Source of the DNA: the human T2T-CHM13v2.0 reference genome, Homo sapiens
Reading direction: 5' to 3' (one strand)
Length of the DNA stretch: 64,000 bases
NCBI RefSeq assembly: GCF_009914755.1
Contig: NC_060937.1
This document shows positions 28,371 to 42,401 of the stretch, piece after piece; positions within the stretch are counted from its first letter, which is position 1; the number at the start of each line of letters is the position of its first letter. The notes beneath the pieces were generated by a model. It was given only the letters and a program-made list of their open reading frames with translations, was not told the origin of the DNA and did not search any database. The position numbers and the translations under genes were made by a program.

Positions 28371-29276
28371 TATTGTCTCTGTTAGTGCTGTCATGGCCAG
28401 GAGCAGAAGTCACTACATGGACATATTGTGTAAACGAATTTTAAAAAAGCAAAACCCAAAGAAAGCAATAATAATAAAAAAGAAGCAGCAGTCATAATGT
28501 GATTGAGGTTATTTTGTACCTTAGATCTTTGTCAAGAAAATTATCATATTAATATTGGAAATTAGCCTTCTTTCTTTTTATTTTGTAAACAAAAACATGT
28601 ATTGTCTATTTCATCCACTGTCTCAGATCTTCTAGCACAGGAATAAGCAATTTAATCTTCTAATAGTTATGATATTTTGATTGTTTTATTTTATATAATC
28701 CCATTGGTTTTTTGTCCTTTCTTAAGGCCTTTGGTGTTTTTAAAAAACTTTTTTTTTTTTTTAGAGAGAAGCTGGAAATTGTTTAGAAATTATAATTTTT
28801 AAATCTTTTACTATTTTTGATAGTTTTTTTCTCAAATTAAATTCAGTAATTTATAGTTTTCACTAATGAAATTAGAGTCTTCCATACATTTAGAATTTAT
28901 ATTTTAAAACATATTTTTACTAATTGTAAAATAATACATACTTTTGAATACAATATTAAGACTGAACTGAAAATTTTGTCTTAATTCTTTTCTGATTTAT
29001 TGTTATGACTATTCTCTTTTCAAATATACTTTCTGCATTTTCTCTCTAACTTCATTAGATTCATTAGAATATATTATTTGACATTCCATGCGTTTAAGAA
29101 GAATCAGCTCTTAGAATTATTCATCATTTAATATGCATTTATATTTATTACTTATTTTTTCTTTCTATTTCTCACATCTGCTTTTTAAAAATTCTTCTGA
29201 TTCTTCTTTTTATGCTGTCTATTTTTATTTTTTTCTATTTAGATATTGAAAACATTTTCACTATAAATTTACTTTT

Positions 29277-29651
<375 letters not shown>

Positions 29652-29779
29652 CTAGGGCTCACAGCAATGATCTTTGTGTTCTTCTTTGTATCGTAGGAGA
29701 TCTTTTATTGCTGTGTCCACAGACTGCTAATTGTTTTATAAGGTCTCTTGAACTCTTGCACAGTGATAAACATTTTTTA

Positions 29780-30150
29780 ACTGGATTACATTTCCCATTC
29801 TTCCTTGAAGTTAGGTTTGGCCATGTACCTAAATTCTGGCCAAAGGAATTTAAGAAGAAAAGAGGTGTGTAACTTTAAGGTTAACCAATAAAAACAAAAT
29901 GCTGTGCCTTTTACTTTACTGTTTCCCACAGCTAGAATGTGGACATTTTGCCAGAGTTGGAGCAGACGTTTCGGATCGTGAAGTGGGAATAATCTTGATA
30001 AGTGGGATATTGGAGTAGTACCTGGTAAGTGAGCCTGGATCCCTGGCCTCCTCAGAGTCACCATGCTTTGCTTGGATTTTTCTGTAAGAGAAAAAAAATC
30101 CCCATCTTATTTAAACCACTGTTATTTTGGTCTTTCTCACAGAGTTGTAC
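29780..30150 (+). mobile_element. Old MLT1 (J/K-like) LTR
   Basis: TACATTTCCCA...AGTTAGGTTTGGCCATGT...TTCTGGCCAA and 3' TTTAAACCACTGTTATTTTGG. Confidence 0.6.
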
Positions 30151-30847
30151 TGATGACCATTTTAATAAACTCTTTTATAATTCACTCGTCCTGAAATAAA
30201 ACTTTCTTATAGAAACATAAAAGTAAGATATGATGCAAATCAGTGTATAAAATGCCATTATGAGAATGTTTTATGGTGTTCCATGTGACATTTCCAAAAT
30301 AATTACTTCTAAGAAAATATTTTAAGAGCATTCTTATATCAAAAATAAAGATAAAAAAGAATTATTACATATCAATATTTAACATAAGAGCTTTTAAATT
30401 TAGTATAATCTTTTGAAATTACACTGGTCTTATTTTATTTTGTTCTTATTAATTTGTTCACTCTCAGAGAGGATACTTTTCCATGCTATATTATTGTCTT
30501 TTTATTTCTTTCTAGAAAACTATCATTGCAAGTATCTGAATTTAAGAAGAAGAATCACGGAGGTAAAATGTCTATAAATGTTTTCTTAAGATGTGAAAAT
30601 ACTCCCAAAAGGGCTAAATGAGATTTTAAAAAATCAGGTAGAAGTTAATTATAATTTTTATTTGTTTGACAAGCTATCTATACTTTCCATTTCATGGTAC
30701 AGGTAGACAATAATAATATATGCACAGAAGACTATTGTAGATGGAAAAAGCTGCTTTAGCTGGAGGGCTCATAGAGCTCTTGCCACCCCAAGACCCCACC
30801 CATCAACTTAGACTAAGGAATCCTCTCTAGGCACACTGGTAACCCAT

Positions 30848-31207
30848 TGATATGGTTTGGCTCCATGTTCCCATCCAAATCTCACCTTGAATTGTAATAA
30901 TCCTCACATGTCATGGGAGACACCCGGTGGGAGGTGATTGACTCATGAGGGCAAGTTTTTCCTGTGCTGTTCTCATGATAATGAGTAAGTTTCATGAGAC
31001 CTGATGGTTTTATAAAGGGGCTTTCCCTTGCAAATGCTCTCTTGCCTGCCACCAGGTAAGACGTCCCTTTGCTCTTTCTTTATCTTCTGCCATGACTGAG
31101 AGGCCTCCCCAGCCATGTGGAACTGTGAGTCCATTAAACCTCTTTTGTTTATCAATTACCCAGGCTTAGTTGTGTCTTTATTAGCAGTGTGAGAACAGAG
31201 CAATACA
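30848..31207 (+). mobile_element. THE1C-like MaLR solo LTR
   Basis: TGATATGGTTTGGCT...GTGAGAACAGAGCAATACA. TSD CCCAT/CCAAT. Confidence 0.9.
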
Positions 31208-31999
31208 CCAATTTTTGGTGCAGCATTTAGCACTGGTTAGAAAACCCTGGTTTAAGGCACTGAGGACTAAGTGGTGAGAAAATCACTCCAAAAACAAAAG
31301 TCATTTTAACAGGAAATTGGATGAATTGAAACAAAGACAGAATCATTTAAAGCATATTGTTCATGCACCCTCCCAGAGTAGAAACATTGAGAAAATTAAA
31401 TTTACAAAATGTTATTGTATCATCACCCATTAGCATTTTTCGAACAATGCAACATTAAGGGAATAAGGACATATGACTTTATACTACAAATGTTTATTCC
31501 CTAAAGATGCATTCACTTTGTGTGGTTCATATAATCCTGAGATTTTTGTGACATTTCAAGTATGTGGTAAGCACAATAATTAAAATTCTATGTTGACATT
31601 TTCATGTTTTTAATGAATTTCTTCCTCAATTTATTTGAAATGTACATGTAATAAATAGGAATTTACTATGAGTCAAGCTCTGAAATTTAAAGAAGTCACA
31701 AGTCTTACTTGTGTTCTTGACTTAAACACTGAGCCAGTTTTACAGATTCGAGACATTATGTCCAATAATGAGCTCCTCACACAATAAAGATATATTTATA
31801 TCTTTAAAAAATTGAAGAGAATGTAAATGTGTATTCAGGCAGGGTGACAGCGTAGTAATAAGAGATTCACATAGGCTCAAACAAGCCTTTATGAAACTAT
31901 TATATAAACATAATTGTCACTTTATTATAAATGAAAGTCATAATGTAATCATGATGGATGTCATTTAATGATACCCTGCTGGTCCTTGACAAACACTAG

Positions 32000-32110
32000 C
32001 TTAAAACAACCCTTTAAGGTAAGTTTATTATCCCTATTTTACAGATGAGAACATGAGGTTTGGAGAGGTTAAGTAACTCCCCCATGGTCACTGAATTAGT
32101 TGTAAACTAA
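32000..32110 (-). mobile_element. MIR
   Basis: CCCTATTTTACAGATGAGAACATGAGG...AGAGGTTAAGTAAC. Confidence 0.75.
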
Positions 32111-33818
32111 TTTACAATTAGTCCACTAACTTTGATGTGCTAGGAATATCACAGCTCTATCACAGCTTCTTTAAATCCAATTAATTTTGTATCTGAGCCC
32201 CCATCACACTGAGCTAAAGGAAATTGCACCCAAGTCTTTCTTGGCTTCCCCCAGAGAGATAGCCAAGGTGTGGGTCCCTTCTGTTATCAGATATTTTCTG
32301 CACAAGGTATCATAAACTCTTCTGAAAAGTGCACCAGGAAGAAGGAACAGAGGCATACTCCTTCTAGACTCAGCATGACGTCTGTCTCTTCTATCCAGGG
32401 CTTTGTTTCCACCCTCAAAAAAGCCTTTCCTTTGTCCCATAAATTCAGTTCTTTTAATAAGAATACTTTATGGGGTAAAAATCCAGGACTTCTAGCCAAC
32501 TAATCCATTTCACCCTGTGCATTCCTCTTTGGGACAATGAAATACAAGTCAAGTTGCTTACATGGTGGTATAAAAATCGAGGGAGAAAAAATATATTAAG
32601 TATTCTTAAACAAAATTTAACAGTTAAAAATATTATTCAGCTATAGCATGTTTTCCCCAGAGTACAACTAGAGGTTATTAAAACATAGCAATATTGTGTT
32701 ATCTAGAGTCTGACCGTAAGCATCACACAGGCGGAACAAGATGAATTACCACCACCAGCATGACTCACTCCTCACCCAACCACATCCCCACATAGGAGAA
32801 CTAAATAATTTCATCCTACTCTAATAAGAAATATATTTCTTATCCAAATGTTAAAAGCCTTTTTTAGGACAATAGAAACTTTCATTATAGGGCAACACAG
32901 CTCCTTTGCAGAGTGAAAAAGGAATTAGAGGCTGTTGTACACAATGGCAATACTTTGCTGTTTATGGGAATGTTTCTATCTTAACACAGGGTTAAATATT
33001 ACCTCCCTTCTTTTTTTAAAAGAAAAGTGATGACTGGCCTTGGGAAAAGTGCTGCACTTGGACTCCCCTAACTAACATAATAGACTCAATAGATAAGCAA
33101 GGAGTTGTACCTATTATCATGCCTGTTAGAATATTTAAAAAGATGTACAATTTCCAGAATGCATGTCATGGGAAAGCACCCCTCTCTGATTTGTAGCTGG
33201 AGTATTCCTGAGAGGCATCTCAGTGGAAGCCTCCAAACACGGTTGTGCAAAAAAGCCTACATAAAATTACCAAGGGCTGTCTGCCTCCTAAACACCATAT
33301 TTAGAAATAATGAAATGCTAGTGTGAAGTATTAGGTCTGAGGACCAAGATCCTGTCCAGAGACTGGGATGAGTTTCCCGTGCATAGAGATTCACAAAGAG
33401 AACTTTGGCGGGTGGGGCTTGGGGGAAGACTGAGAAGCTGAGGAGGGGTGGGTTAGACATCTCCATAATGCTTCCTTGTCCTTGGATGATTTCCCATTGG
33501 GAGCTTGGGGAAAGTTCAAGTTGTCAAGAACTTTAACTCTTCATTCTCAAATTGTTACTCTATCGATAAAGAGGCAAACTGGTAAGAGAAATGAAGCGGG
33601 TTCCACTTTCTTCCGTTTTCCGCTCTCCTGCAGAGAAGAAAGATGTATTTCAGGAGATCTATTGCTTGGTGTGAGAGTTGCCTACTAGCAAGTGGTCAGC
33701 ATGCAGTGATGCTGGAAAGAGTGAAGAGGAACCACAAGTTCTAAGCACTAAGGCGAAGTGCCAGAGAGAAAGACTGAACCTCCTGCTTATTCACCCCATT
33801 TAGAAAAAGCTGTCTTCT

Positions 33819-34573
33819 CATTTATGCAGCCACCAGACACCTGAAAAAATGCTCATCATCACTGGTCACCAGAGAAATGCAAATCACAACCACAATGAGA
33901 TACCATCTCATGCCAGTTAGAATGTGGAGGATGTGGAGAAATAGGAATGCTTTTACACTGTTGGTGGGGGTGTAAATTAGTTCAACCATTGTGGAAGACA
34001 GTGTGGCGATTCTTCAAGGATCTAGAACTAGAAATACCATTTGACCCAGCGATCCTATTACTGGGTATATACCCAAAGGATTATAAAACATGCTATTATA
34101 AAGACACATGCACATGTATGTTTATTGCAGCACTATTCACAATATCAAAGACTTGGAACCAACCCAAATGTCCATCAGTGATAGACTGGATTAAGAAAAT
34201 GTGGCACATATACACCATGGAATACTATGCAGCCTTAAAAAAGATGAGTTCATGTCCTTTGCACGCACATGGATGAAGCTGGAAACCATCATTCTCAGCA
34301 AACTATCACAAGGACAGAAAACCAAACACCACATGTTCTCACTCATAGGTGGGAATTGAACAATGAGAACACATGGACACATGGAGGGGAACATCACACA
34401 CCGGGGCCTGTCAGGAGGTGGGGGGCTGGGGGAGGGATAGCATTAGGAGAAATACGTAATGTAAATGATGAGTTGATGGGTGCAGCAAGCCAACATGGCA
34501 CATGTATACCTATGTGACAAACCTGCACTTTGTGCACATGTACCCTAGAACTTAAAGTATAATTTAAAAAAAA
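33819..34573 (+). mobile_element. 5'-truncated L1PA5/6-like element
   Basis: ORF2 C-terminus ([16 protein letters not shown]), 3'UTR and A tail. 17-bp TSD AGAAAAAGCTGTC(T/C)TCT at 33802-33818 and 34574-34590. Confidence 0.92.
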
Positions 34574-34689
34574 AGAAAAAGCTGTCCTCTGAAGAAAGGT
34601 ACACACAAAAAGGGGATGGAAATCAAAGCTGCACTTATTTGTGCAAAGATTTATCAGCAATTAATTGTAACTTTGTTACTTTACAATTT

Positions 34690-35560
34690 TAACAAAACAT
34701 ATTCAGCACCTCCTATATGCCAGACACTGTGGTTAAACAGACAATTTTATTAAAAATCATCTCTGTTCTACAGATATTAATATTCTGTAGAACATGGTCA
34801 AATAAACAGAAAGTATGATACAATAAGTACTGTGATAGATGTCTGTACACGTTGCTATGGTAGCACATATGAGGGTAATCTCATTAGGCTGGGGAAAATT
34901 GTGGAAGGCTCAACAGAGGAGATGATACCTCTGCTGAGCCTTCAAGAAGGAGTACAATTTATCCAAACAAAATCTGTGCACGAGGAAGGTAAGAAGAAGT
35001 GAGGGCAATAGTTGAAAATAGTGCGTGCACCATGTAAAGGCATAGAAGAAAAATAGTGACATAAGTGGAGAACTGAATGTTCTCATTATGATGGAGTGTA
35101 TTTGTAGGATTGGAGAATAGGGAGAGATGAAGCTGGAGAACTGGTCAGGGATCAGGTTGTGAATAAACTGTTAAGCCATGGTAAGGATTTTGGACTTTAA
35201 TTTATAGTCATGCAGGGGCTCGCATATCAAAAAGGTGACTCTACCAGAAATATAAAGAATGTATTAGAAGAGAATGAAAGTTGCTAAGAGTGCTGTAATG
35301 TGTAAAAAAATCGAGGAGAAATTATGAATATTTGGATCATAGACAGTAACTATTGGAGCAGACAAAAGGGTGCAGACTGGAGAAAGATTAAAGAAGTGAA
35401 ATTGATAGGAACTGGTGGTTGATTAGATATGGGTAGTAAAACAGTTAGGAGACACAGATTGACCCTCAGATTCATGCAGTTTTAGCAGATGCATAGAAAA
35501 TTAATTGAATGAAAATGAGTAGCTTAATTTGAACATGTTGCATTTGATGGACTTGTATTA
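34690..35560 (-). mobile_element. L2 3' part
   Basis: CATATTCAGCACCTCCTATATGCCAGACACTGT...GAGATGAAGCTGGAGA...GATAGGAACTGGTGGTTGATTAGATATG. Confidence 0.75.
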
Positions 35561-35566
35561 TGTGTA

Positions 35567-35818
35567 TGTATGGCCAAAATAAGGTGTAACATGAAAACTA
35601 CTGAAAGACTGCCTGTACAAACAGACCATGGCCAGACCATGCATGGCAATACAACTCTGACCCACAACCTCTGCAGCAACCAGTCCAGGAAGACAAATTG
35701 CAACCTCTACAGCAATAAGCCCAGAATAGTCAGGACTTGGTCACCACCTACCAGTCTCTCTATTTATTACCCCCACTTCAAACTTAGGACTAACCAGCCA
35801 AGTACGCTCCCCAAACCA
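35567..35818 (+). mobile_element. MER89-like ERV1 LTR, 5' part
   Basis: TGTATGGCCAAAATAAGG...CTCTGACCCACAACCTCTGCAGCAACCAG...GTCAGGACTTGGTCA. Family name recalled, not searched. Confidence 0.55.
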
Positions 35819-36439
35819 CTGCCACCTGAATTCACAGGTTCCAGTCCCTGGAAGTACTGTAAGTAAACATATAGGCTATGTCTTGCCATGAAAGAGAATA
35901 TAATGAACCCCTTTGTGCTCAAAGAAGGATGACCAAGCACGGCAGGGTTAGAAAGAGCAGCCCCTCATCCAGGAGAGGGAGGGGTGGGGAGAGGAGCAAT
36001 CAGTCCTTTTGTGTTGAGATGGTTCAAAAGGAAAAGCTTCTCTGGCCTGGAAATTTGAACTCTAGAGAAGGCAAAGGGGCAGGGCTTCCTGGTCAGTAAG
36101 TGAAGGAACATTGTTCCTAGTTTGGGCCCAGCAGTCCTTTGGGAAGCTGGGGTTCTCAAAGATTAATGCTTGTGGAACTGAAGGGCTAAGCTTAAGAACA
36201 TCCTTGGCTGAAGACAACTCATGGGGAGTGGGATTACACTTCCCCAAAAGACTCAAGCTGTCTGACAGGGCTCTGGATGGCACCTCCTCCTAGGAGGCTG
36301 CTTGAAGTCAGGAGAAGGAATGACTACTACTGCAGATGAGTGCTCCATGCTTCAATGTCAACTTCAGAATTTTGGATTTCCCTGAATCAGTTGAGGGAGG
36401 GCAAATAGCCCCTTTACTTATTTAGCTGGTAGCTTGTTT

Positions 36440-36930
36440 ATTTACTTAACAAATACAGTACAGCATTACTACATATAGATACTTTCAAGTGCTTTATGAA
36501 TATGAACTCATTTAATTCTCGAAATTGTATGAGGCAGTGCTATTTTTATATCCAATTCTTAGATGAGTAAAGTGAGGCACAGACAGGCAGAATACTATGC
36601 CAAAAGTTAGGCTCCTGGGAGGTGATAGAGACAGTATTCAATCCCAGGCAGTTTGTCCAGATTTCACGCTTTCAACCATTAGCAATTGATTTATTTATTA
36701 TCCTCTGTTGGGAAAATAACAGCAGTGTCAGAAATTATCCCCCATTCTGCAGCGAATTTCATACCAGCTACATTTCACTTAATCCTTACAACAATTCTGT
36801 GTGATGGGGGATTCTCATCTTCAATTTATAGATGAGGAAATAAGCTCAACGGCTCATCCAAGGTTATATAGGCAGAGGGGCAGAGCCAGTCAAACACAGG
36901 TTGTCTAATGCCAGTCAAGGGTTCTTTATA
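36440..36930 (-). mobile_element. Two MIR fragments (~36440-36680 and ~36770-36930)
   Basis: AGATGAGTAAAGTGAGGCACAGA and TTTATAGATGAGGAAA cores. Confidence 0.7.
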
Positions 36931-38199
36931 CCACATTGTCAGTTAGTAGAAAGGTCTAGGGGAAGTAAGTGAGGAGATTGCAAAATCATCTTAAAAAAAA
37001 AAAAAAGAAAAATCATGATTCAGACCTGCCTGACTTGCTGACTACACATCAGCTTTCATAACATATCACAATCAGCCTCACAGTGGAAAATGAGTCAATT
37101 TCTATATACTGTGGCTTTCTCAAAAACCTCTCAAGGGAACTGTAAGAATTTGCTGAATTCATATTGCAATTCAGCCCATTATAAGAACTGTAAAGCAATT
37201 AGACTCAGAACCTGAAACTGCATATAGCTCATCAGCTTGGGAAGCAGAGATGGGTACATTATCTAGTTAAGTACCTCCAGTTACTCATCACTGTGTTATC
37301 TGTAACTTCAGAACATCAGTGAAACAAAAACTGCACAATTTCATAGTTTTCCATTGTATACAGAAATTTGCTAAGAAAGACTAATTGTGATGAGAACAGA
37401 TCAAGAATAGTTCAACTATTTGAAATAAGTTTGATGGAATTAAAATCATTTCTTACATTAATCAGATTTCTTATAAAACTATTATCTTGATAGCATTGAA
37501 AAACAAGTTTATAGTATTAAAGTGTAAGCATTTCCATATCCTTTTCTTATTTTTATTCAATGTAGATGACTCAAGATTTTCAGTATCAAAATAGTCTTAT
37601 CATGCTTGTTCTGAACTGGGTTTTCATATTGTAATATCTTGTTCCTGTTCCCTTTGCAGTCTCCAAATTTGTTTTCAATGCCAAAAGAAGTACTTGGTGG
37701 AATGGGTAAACGTGGTCATATTTTACATTAGCTAAATAATTATGAATTTAAAAATCATTAAATTGTATCTATAACCTGTGTAAAGAACAATATTCCTACT
37801 TTGGGAACTGTATTATAAAGATAATAAAGAACATACCATTATGAATGATACTTAAAGGTGTTCTAACTGAAGGCTAAAAATAGATACCTAGAGGTTTCTC
37901 AACAAAATACGAAGAAAAATTGGGTACTTGGGATTGGCAGAAACACTGAGAAAACCAGCTTCGGCAAAAATATAAACTATACTGAAAAGACAATAATGAG
38001 CTCATGAAAACAGAAAAAAAGGATGCAGCTGGGACTCAAAACAAACTGATGCTAGACTCAAACACCTGGATTCACCCCCCTTGCTCTGTCTCTCTCTGTG
38101 CATATTCTCCATTAACCTCTCCACAGCAGAATGATGTGCTCCACTTCCCAAAGGTCGTGATGGAAAATTGCCACTACAAACTGCCCCCAAGTGTATATA

Positions 38200-38577
38200 T
38201 GATATAGTTTGGCTGTGTCCCCACATAAATCTCATCTTGAATTGTAGCTCCCATAATTCCCACATGTTGTGGGATGGACCTGGTGGGAGGTAATTGAATG
38301 ATGGCAGCAGTTTCCCCCATCTTCCCCCATTCACTACCACTCTTGGTAGTGAATAAGTCATACAGGACCTGATGGTTTTACAAGGGGTTCCCCCTTTCGC
38401 TTGGCTCTGGTTCTTGTTCTTTCTTGTCTGCCACTGTGTAAGATGTGCCTTTTGCCTTCCACCATGATTGTGAGGCCTCCCAGCCATGTGGAACTATGTC
38501 CATTAAACCTCATTTTCTTTGTAAATTACCCAGTCTCGGGTATGTCTTTATCAGCAATGTGAAAATGGACTAATACA
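38200..38577 (+). mobile_element. THE1B MaLR solo LTR
   Basis: TGATATAGTTTGGCTGTGTCCCCAC...TGTAGCTCCCATAATTCCC...GGACTAATACA. TSD ATATA/ATATG. Confidence 0.92.
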
Positions 38578-40244
38578 ATATGTTCTCTGTTTACAAGAGT
38601 AGTCACACTAGGGTGAAATCTTTGATCCCAGAGCTATAGCCACCTGGACCCCAACGTAGCAGCTTCCTTGAATCAATGGGGATTGAGGAAGAGCTGTTTC
38701 CAAGATGGCAACACAAAAGGTGAGCCATATGAAATAGGCATCTACTTACTCTTCAAAGTTTGAAAAGAGAAAATGTTGTAAAGCAACTCTGGTAAGAACA
38801 TCAAATTAAAACTTGGAAAAAAAATTACTTATCTAAACTACAGTACACATATTAGGGAATCTAAGCTCAGATTCAGTCAAACTCTGGAAGCATATACTAT
38901 TACATATTGGAGAAATGTAGACTCAGTGAAAATGAAGAAGAGAAAGAACAATCTAAATAAAAAATAATATTCCCTATATTATATTCTTTAAAGCCTTAAT
39001 CTTTATCTTTAAAGCCTTTTCCCATTCTCCCAACCCACTCAGCTTCCCGCTCCAGCTCCAAGTCCCTTTCCTAAGAAGAGCTATATATGCCTGAGAGACA
39101 TTGCAAGGACATAGTATTCCTTGACTCTTCACTAATGCAAAATTCTAATGTAATAGTAAATCACTACTTTCAAAGAAATCCTACCCAGAAGTTAATAATA
39201 TGTAAATGGCCTATCAAAGGTACTATAATGTGTGCAAAAGTAATGTATACAACACTTTAAACAAGAATTAGGATTTTGTTTTCCTGGAATAAAAAGATAG
39301 TATTCAAAATATGTAATACCAGTTATAATCTTCCATTCCAGAGAAGAAGAAACTGAATTTCTAATCCCTAACAAAAAAGCCCAAAGCATCTTATGCCAAA
39401 CACAGTATTTGTTATTAGAAAATTTCAACTCTCAGGTCTACAAATATACAATTTAATAAAGAAGCTATTTGACACCATAATACCTGCAAGGACATAGTAG
39501 AGGGAGATGAAAATAATGTAAACCAAATAACATGCACAAAGTTCCATAAGAAAAATATATATTCTAGTGTCAACATGACAGGTTAAAGGTACATCCTTAT
39601 AATAATGTGGTGTTACTTATCTACAAAACATTTCCTCCAGAACAACTAGAATTAGGGTTTTTTTTTTTTTCAAAGAAAAAACATAAAAAACACTTTTTAA
39701 AAGGTTGTAGAAAAGTACAACTTCAGTTATGTGACTGATAAATAAATATTCTGTAAATAAAGCTAAGGAAATGTTCAAATAAAAAATTAATTGGGAAAAA
39801 AATTGAGCATCTTATCCCAGATATGAACATGAGCTTCAGTCTTGGGCTGTGAGGCAGAAAATGTTAACAATGTTAGGAGCGTTTTTAGTGTTTCCTCAAC
39901 AGTCAAGTGAATTTTAGAATTTAAACAATTACTAGAAAATTCAGTCTTCTGAAAACAAATTACATTTCTAACATCTAACCTAGAGGTGTTCTTTTTTGTT
40001 TTTGTTTTTGTTTTAAGTAGAACTCTTATTTTCTATAGAATAATTAGAATGTGATCAGAAAGTCTGCCCAGGTTTAATCTGGGAGATCAAGTCAATGCAG
40101 CATGTAGTAAACCGTTCTTTGGGTTTTAAAAATAAGGAAATTAATATATTGTTACATTTTCAAGACAGAAGATTATTGTGCCATATTAGAGTTGAGTATT
40201 CCCACTTCTATGAAATTTAAGTGTTACTATTTGTCTCTCTTACC

Positions 40245-41145
40245 TGAATGGAGCAGTATTAGGACAAGGATTTCTGTCTGTTTTTTTTTTTTTTTCCTGA
40301 TGTACAACAGATGCCTAGAACAGAGACCAGTTGGCATGTAGTAGGCATCCAATAGATATTTGTCAAAGTAATTAATATCCTTTGAGTTTTGGATCAACTT
40401 CATTCTTCCTCAATGCAGTGTGCATGTATGTTTACATTTCTTCTCTACACACACATTTTAAAATTTTTAGTGGGTTTTTTATGGAAGTAAGCAGAAAAGT
40501 ACAACTCATAAGCATTCAGTAATTTGTTATTGCTGGAATTCCTAAAGTTGTCTCAGTAAGTTGTTAACTGACAGTTATAGCATAAACAAAGAGTATTGGT
40601 TTTTCACGCTTCTAGGGAGCAAGCCATAAACTCATGCCTTTCTCTGCACTCAGGCAAAGCATAATGGTACCAGAACACTCACACAGTACTATAAAAATAA
40701 ATAAATACTCATTAAAAGAGGCAGAAATATAGAAATATTTTATTCTAAAATGATAAAAAACATGTATCTCAAACAAACAGCTAATCTCATACTTCATTAA
40801 CATTAATAAAAAATCAAGAATTCCCATCATTAAAAGTACTATCTGATGTGATTTGGGACATAATTAGCCAATGAAATTTGATGAGAGAAAAATTGAGAGC
40901 AGAAGTAAAGAAAACAGGAAAATATCTTTATTTGTAGGAAATTCATCTCTCTGCCTTTTTTCTTCTATTTCTCTCATTTCTACTTTGTTTCTTTATATTG
41001 CATTTCTTCCCACTAGACCTGAACTCCATAAGGAAAGGGATATTTATTTGTCTGTGACCCTAAGTGTTTTGTGCTCAGACCTACGACCATACCTCATACC
41101 ACATAAATGCTAAATAAAACTCTGTTAAATGAATGAACAAATGTA
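40245..41145 (+). mobile_element. Two short L2 3'-end fragments (~40245-40370 and ~41005-41145)
   Basis: TGGCATGTAGTAGGCATCCAATAGATATTTG and CCCACTAGAC...AAATGAATGAA. Confidence 0.6.
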
Positions 41146-41783
41146 TGTTATGATTAGATTGTTAATCTAACTGGAAAATTCAAGTCTCCATAACATACAT
41201 AAGAAAAAATAAGAGATTCAGAATAAGAGAATTTATATTCAAGAAATAATAAGCAAATTCAGAATTCAGTCTCCATAACATATACAAGAAATAATAAAAT
41301 AAGAGAATTCCGAATAATAAGAATTCTCTTTCTTATATATGTTATGTTATTATTTCTTCTATGTGTTTTATATATCGTTGATAAAACATACATAAAAATT
41401 CAATACCTATATATGTGTGTATATATATATCTCAAAGTTGTAAAATATCACTATTTTAATTATATATTTGGTGTAGTTCTAATGAAAATCAAATTTTTTA
41501 TAATTCCAGCCAATTATTTTATTTTTGACTAAAATGGGCATTTAATAATTAAAAATAATTATACTGGTAACTTCTACCCTAAGGATTACACCATGTATCA
41601 TATTTACTTATGATTATATGTATATGTTTTAAATACTTACCAGCTTCTTTGTGTAAATTTTTTGTTTCCAAACTAGTTAAGGTTTTTCATTGTTAAGATT
41701 ATATTATAAAATATATAACCAGATATTTGGTGCTTAGCCTAGAAGCTAGCATTAAGGCACTGTTTCCCCAGACACATAGATAT

Positions 41784-41784
<1 letters not shown>

Positions 41785-41822
<38 letters not shown>
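41785..41822. repeat. (CA)19 microsatellite
   Basis: Uninterrupted CA run. Confidence 0.95.
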
Positions 41823-41825
<3 letters not shown>

Positions 41826-42109
41826 CTATTTATTGATATATACGGGAAATTATATTTTAAAAGAGAGGAAGGAGAAAGAGAGGAAAAGTGGAGAAGGGGA
41901 ATGAATTGATGGTACAGTGGCTATTACCAGTTTGATGCCTTCAAATGGCTTTGAACCATTATTAGAGTCAAAGATGATAGAAATTTTTTTTTTTGTGAGA
42001 CTCTGCACACAAGCAGGGCTGCTAGGGGGTCCTGGTGACATATGTAGAACAGTTTATCTATGCATGAAAACTAAGTCGTTTTTCCTATTGGAAGACGTAA
42101 AACTATTTT

Positions 42110-42401
42110 TTTTTTTTCAGAGACAGGGTCTTACTCTGTAGCCCAGGCTGGAGTGCAGTGGCAAGATCATAGCTTACTCCAGCCTCCAACTCCTGAGCTC
42201 AAGTGATCCTCCCACCTCAGCCTCCCAAGTAGTTGGGAATACAGGGCAGGCACTACCACTCTCAGCTAATTTTAAAATTTTTTTTGTAGAAATGGGGTCT
42301 CGCTATGTTACCCAGGCTGGTCTTGAACTGGCCTCTAGGGATCCTCCTGCCTTGGCCTCCCAAAGTACTGAGATTACAATCATGAGCCACCATATCCAGC
42401 T
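42110..42401 (-). mobile_element. AluJ
   Basis: Reverse dimer with AAAACTATTTT on both sides as TSD. Confidence 0.9.

Noticed and set aside
32204-32503. Three overlapping 70-78 aa ORFs in unique sequence
   Set aside because: No protein similarity I recognise, no splice or poly(A)/TSD evidence for an exon or processed pseudogene.
37085-37098. TGGAAAATGAGTCA as an NFAT:AP-1 composite site
   Set aside because: Spacing is shorter than in the canonical IL2 ARRE2-type element; a single short motif with no other support.
37638-37712. Possible 46-bp plus-strand exon (TTCCCTTTGCAG...TGG|GTAAAC)
   Set aside because: Weak donor, no partner exons, no recognisable coding content; expected by chance in 64 kb.
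38002-38487. 161-aa minus-strand ORF
   Set aside because: More than half lies in the THE1B LTR antisense frame; no recognisable domain.
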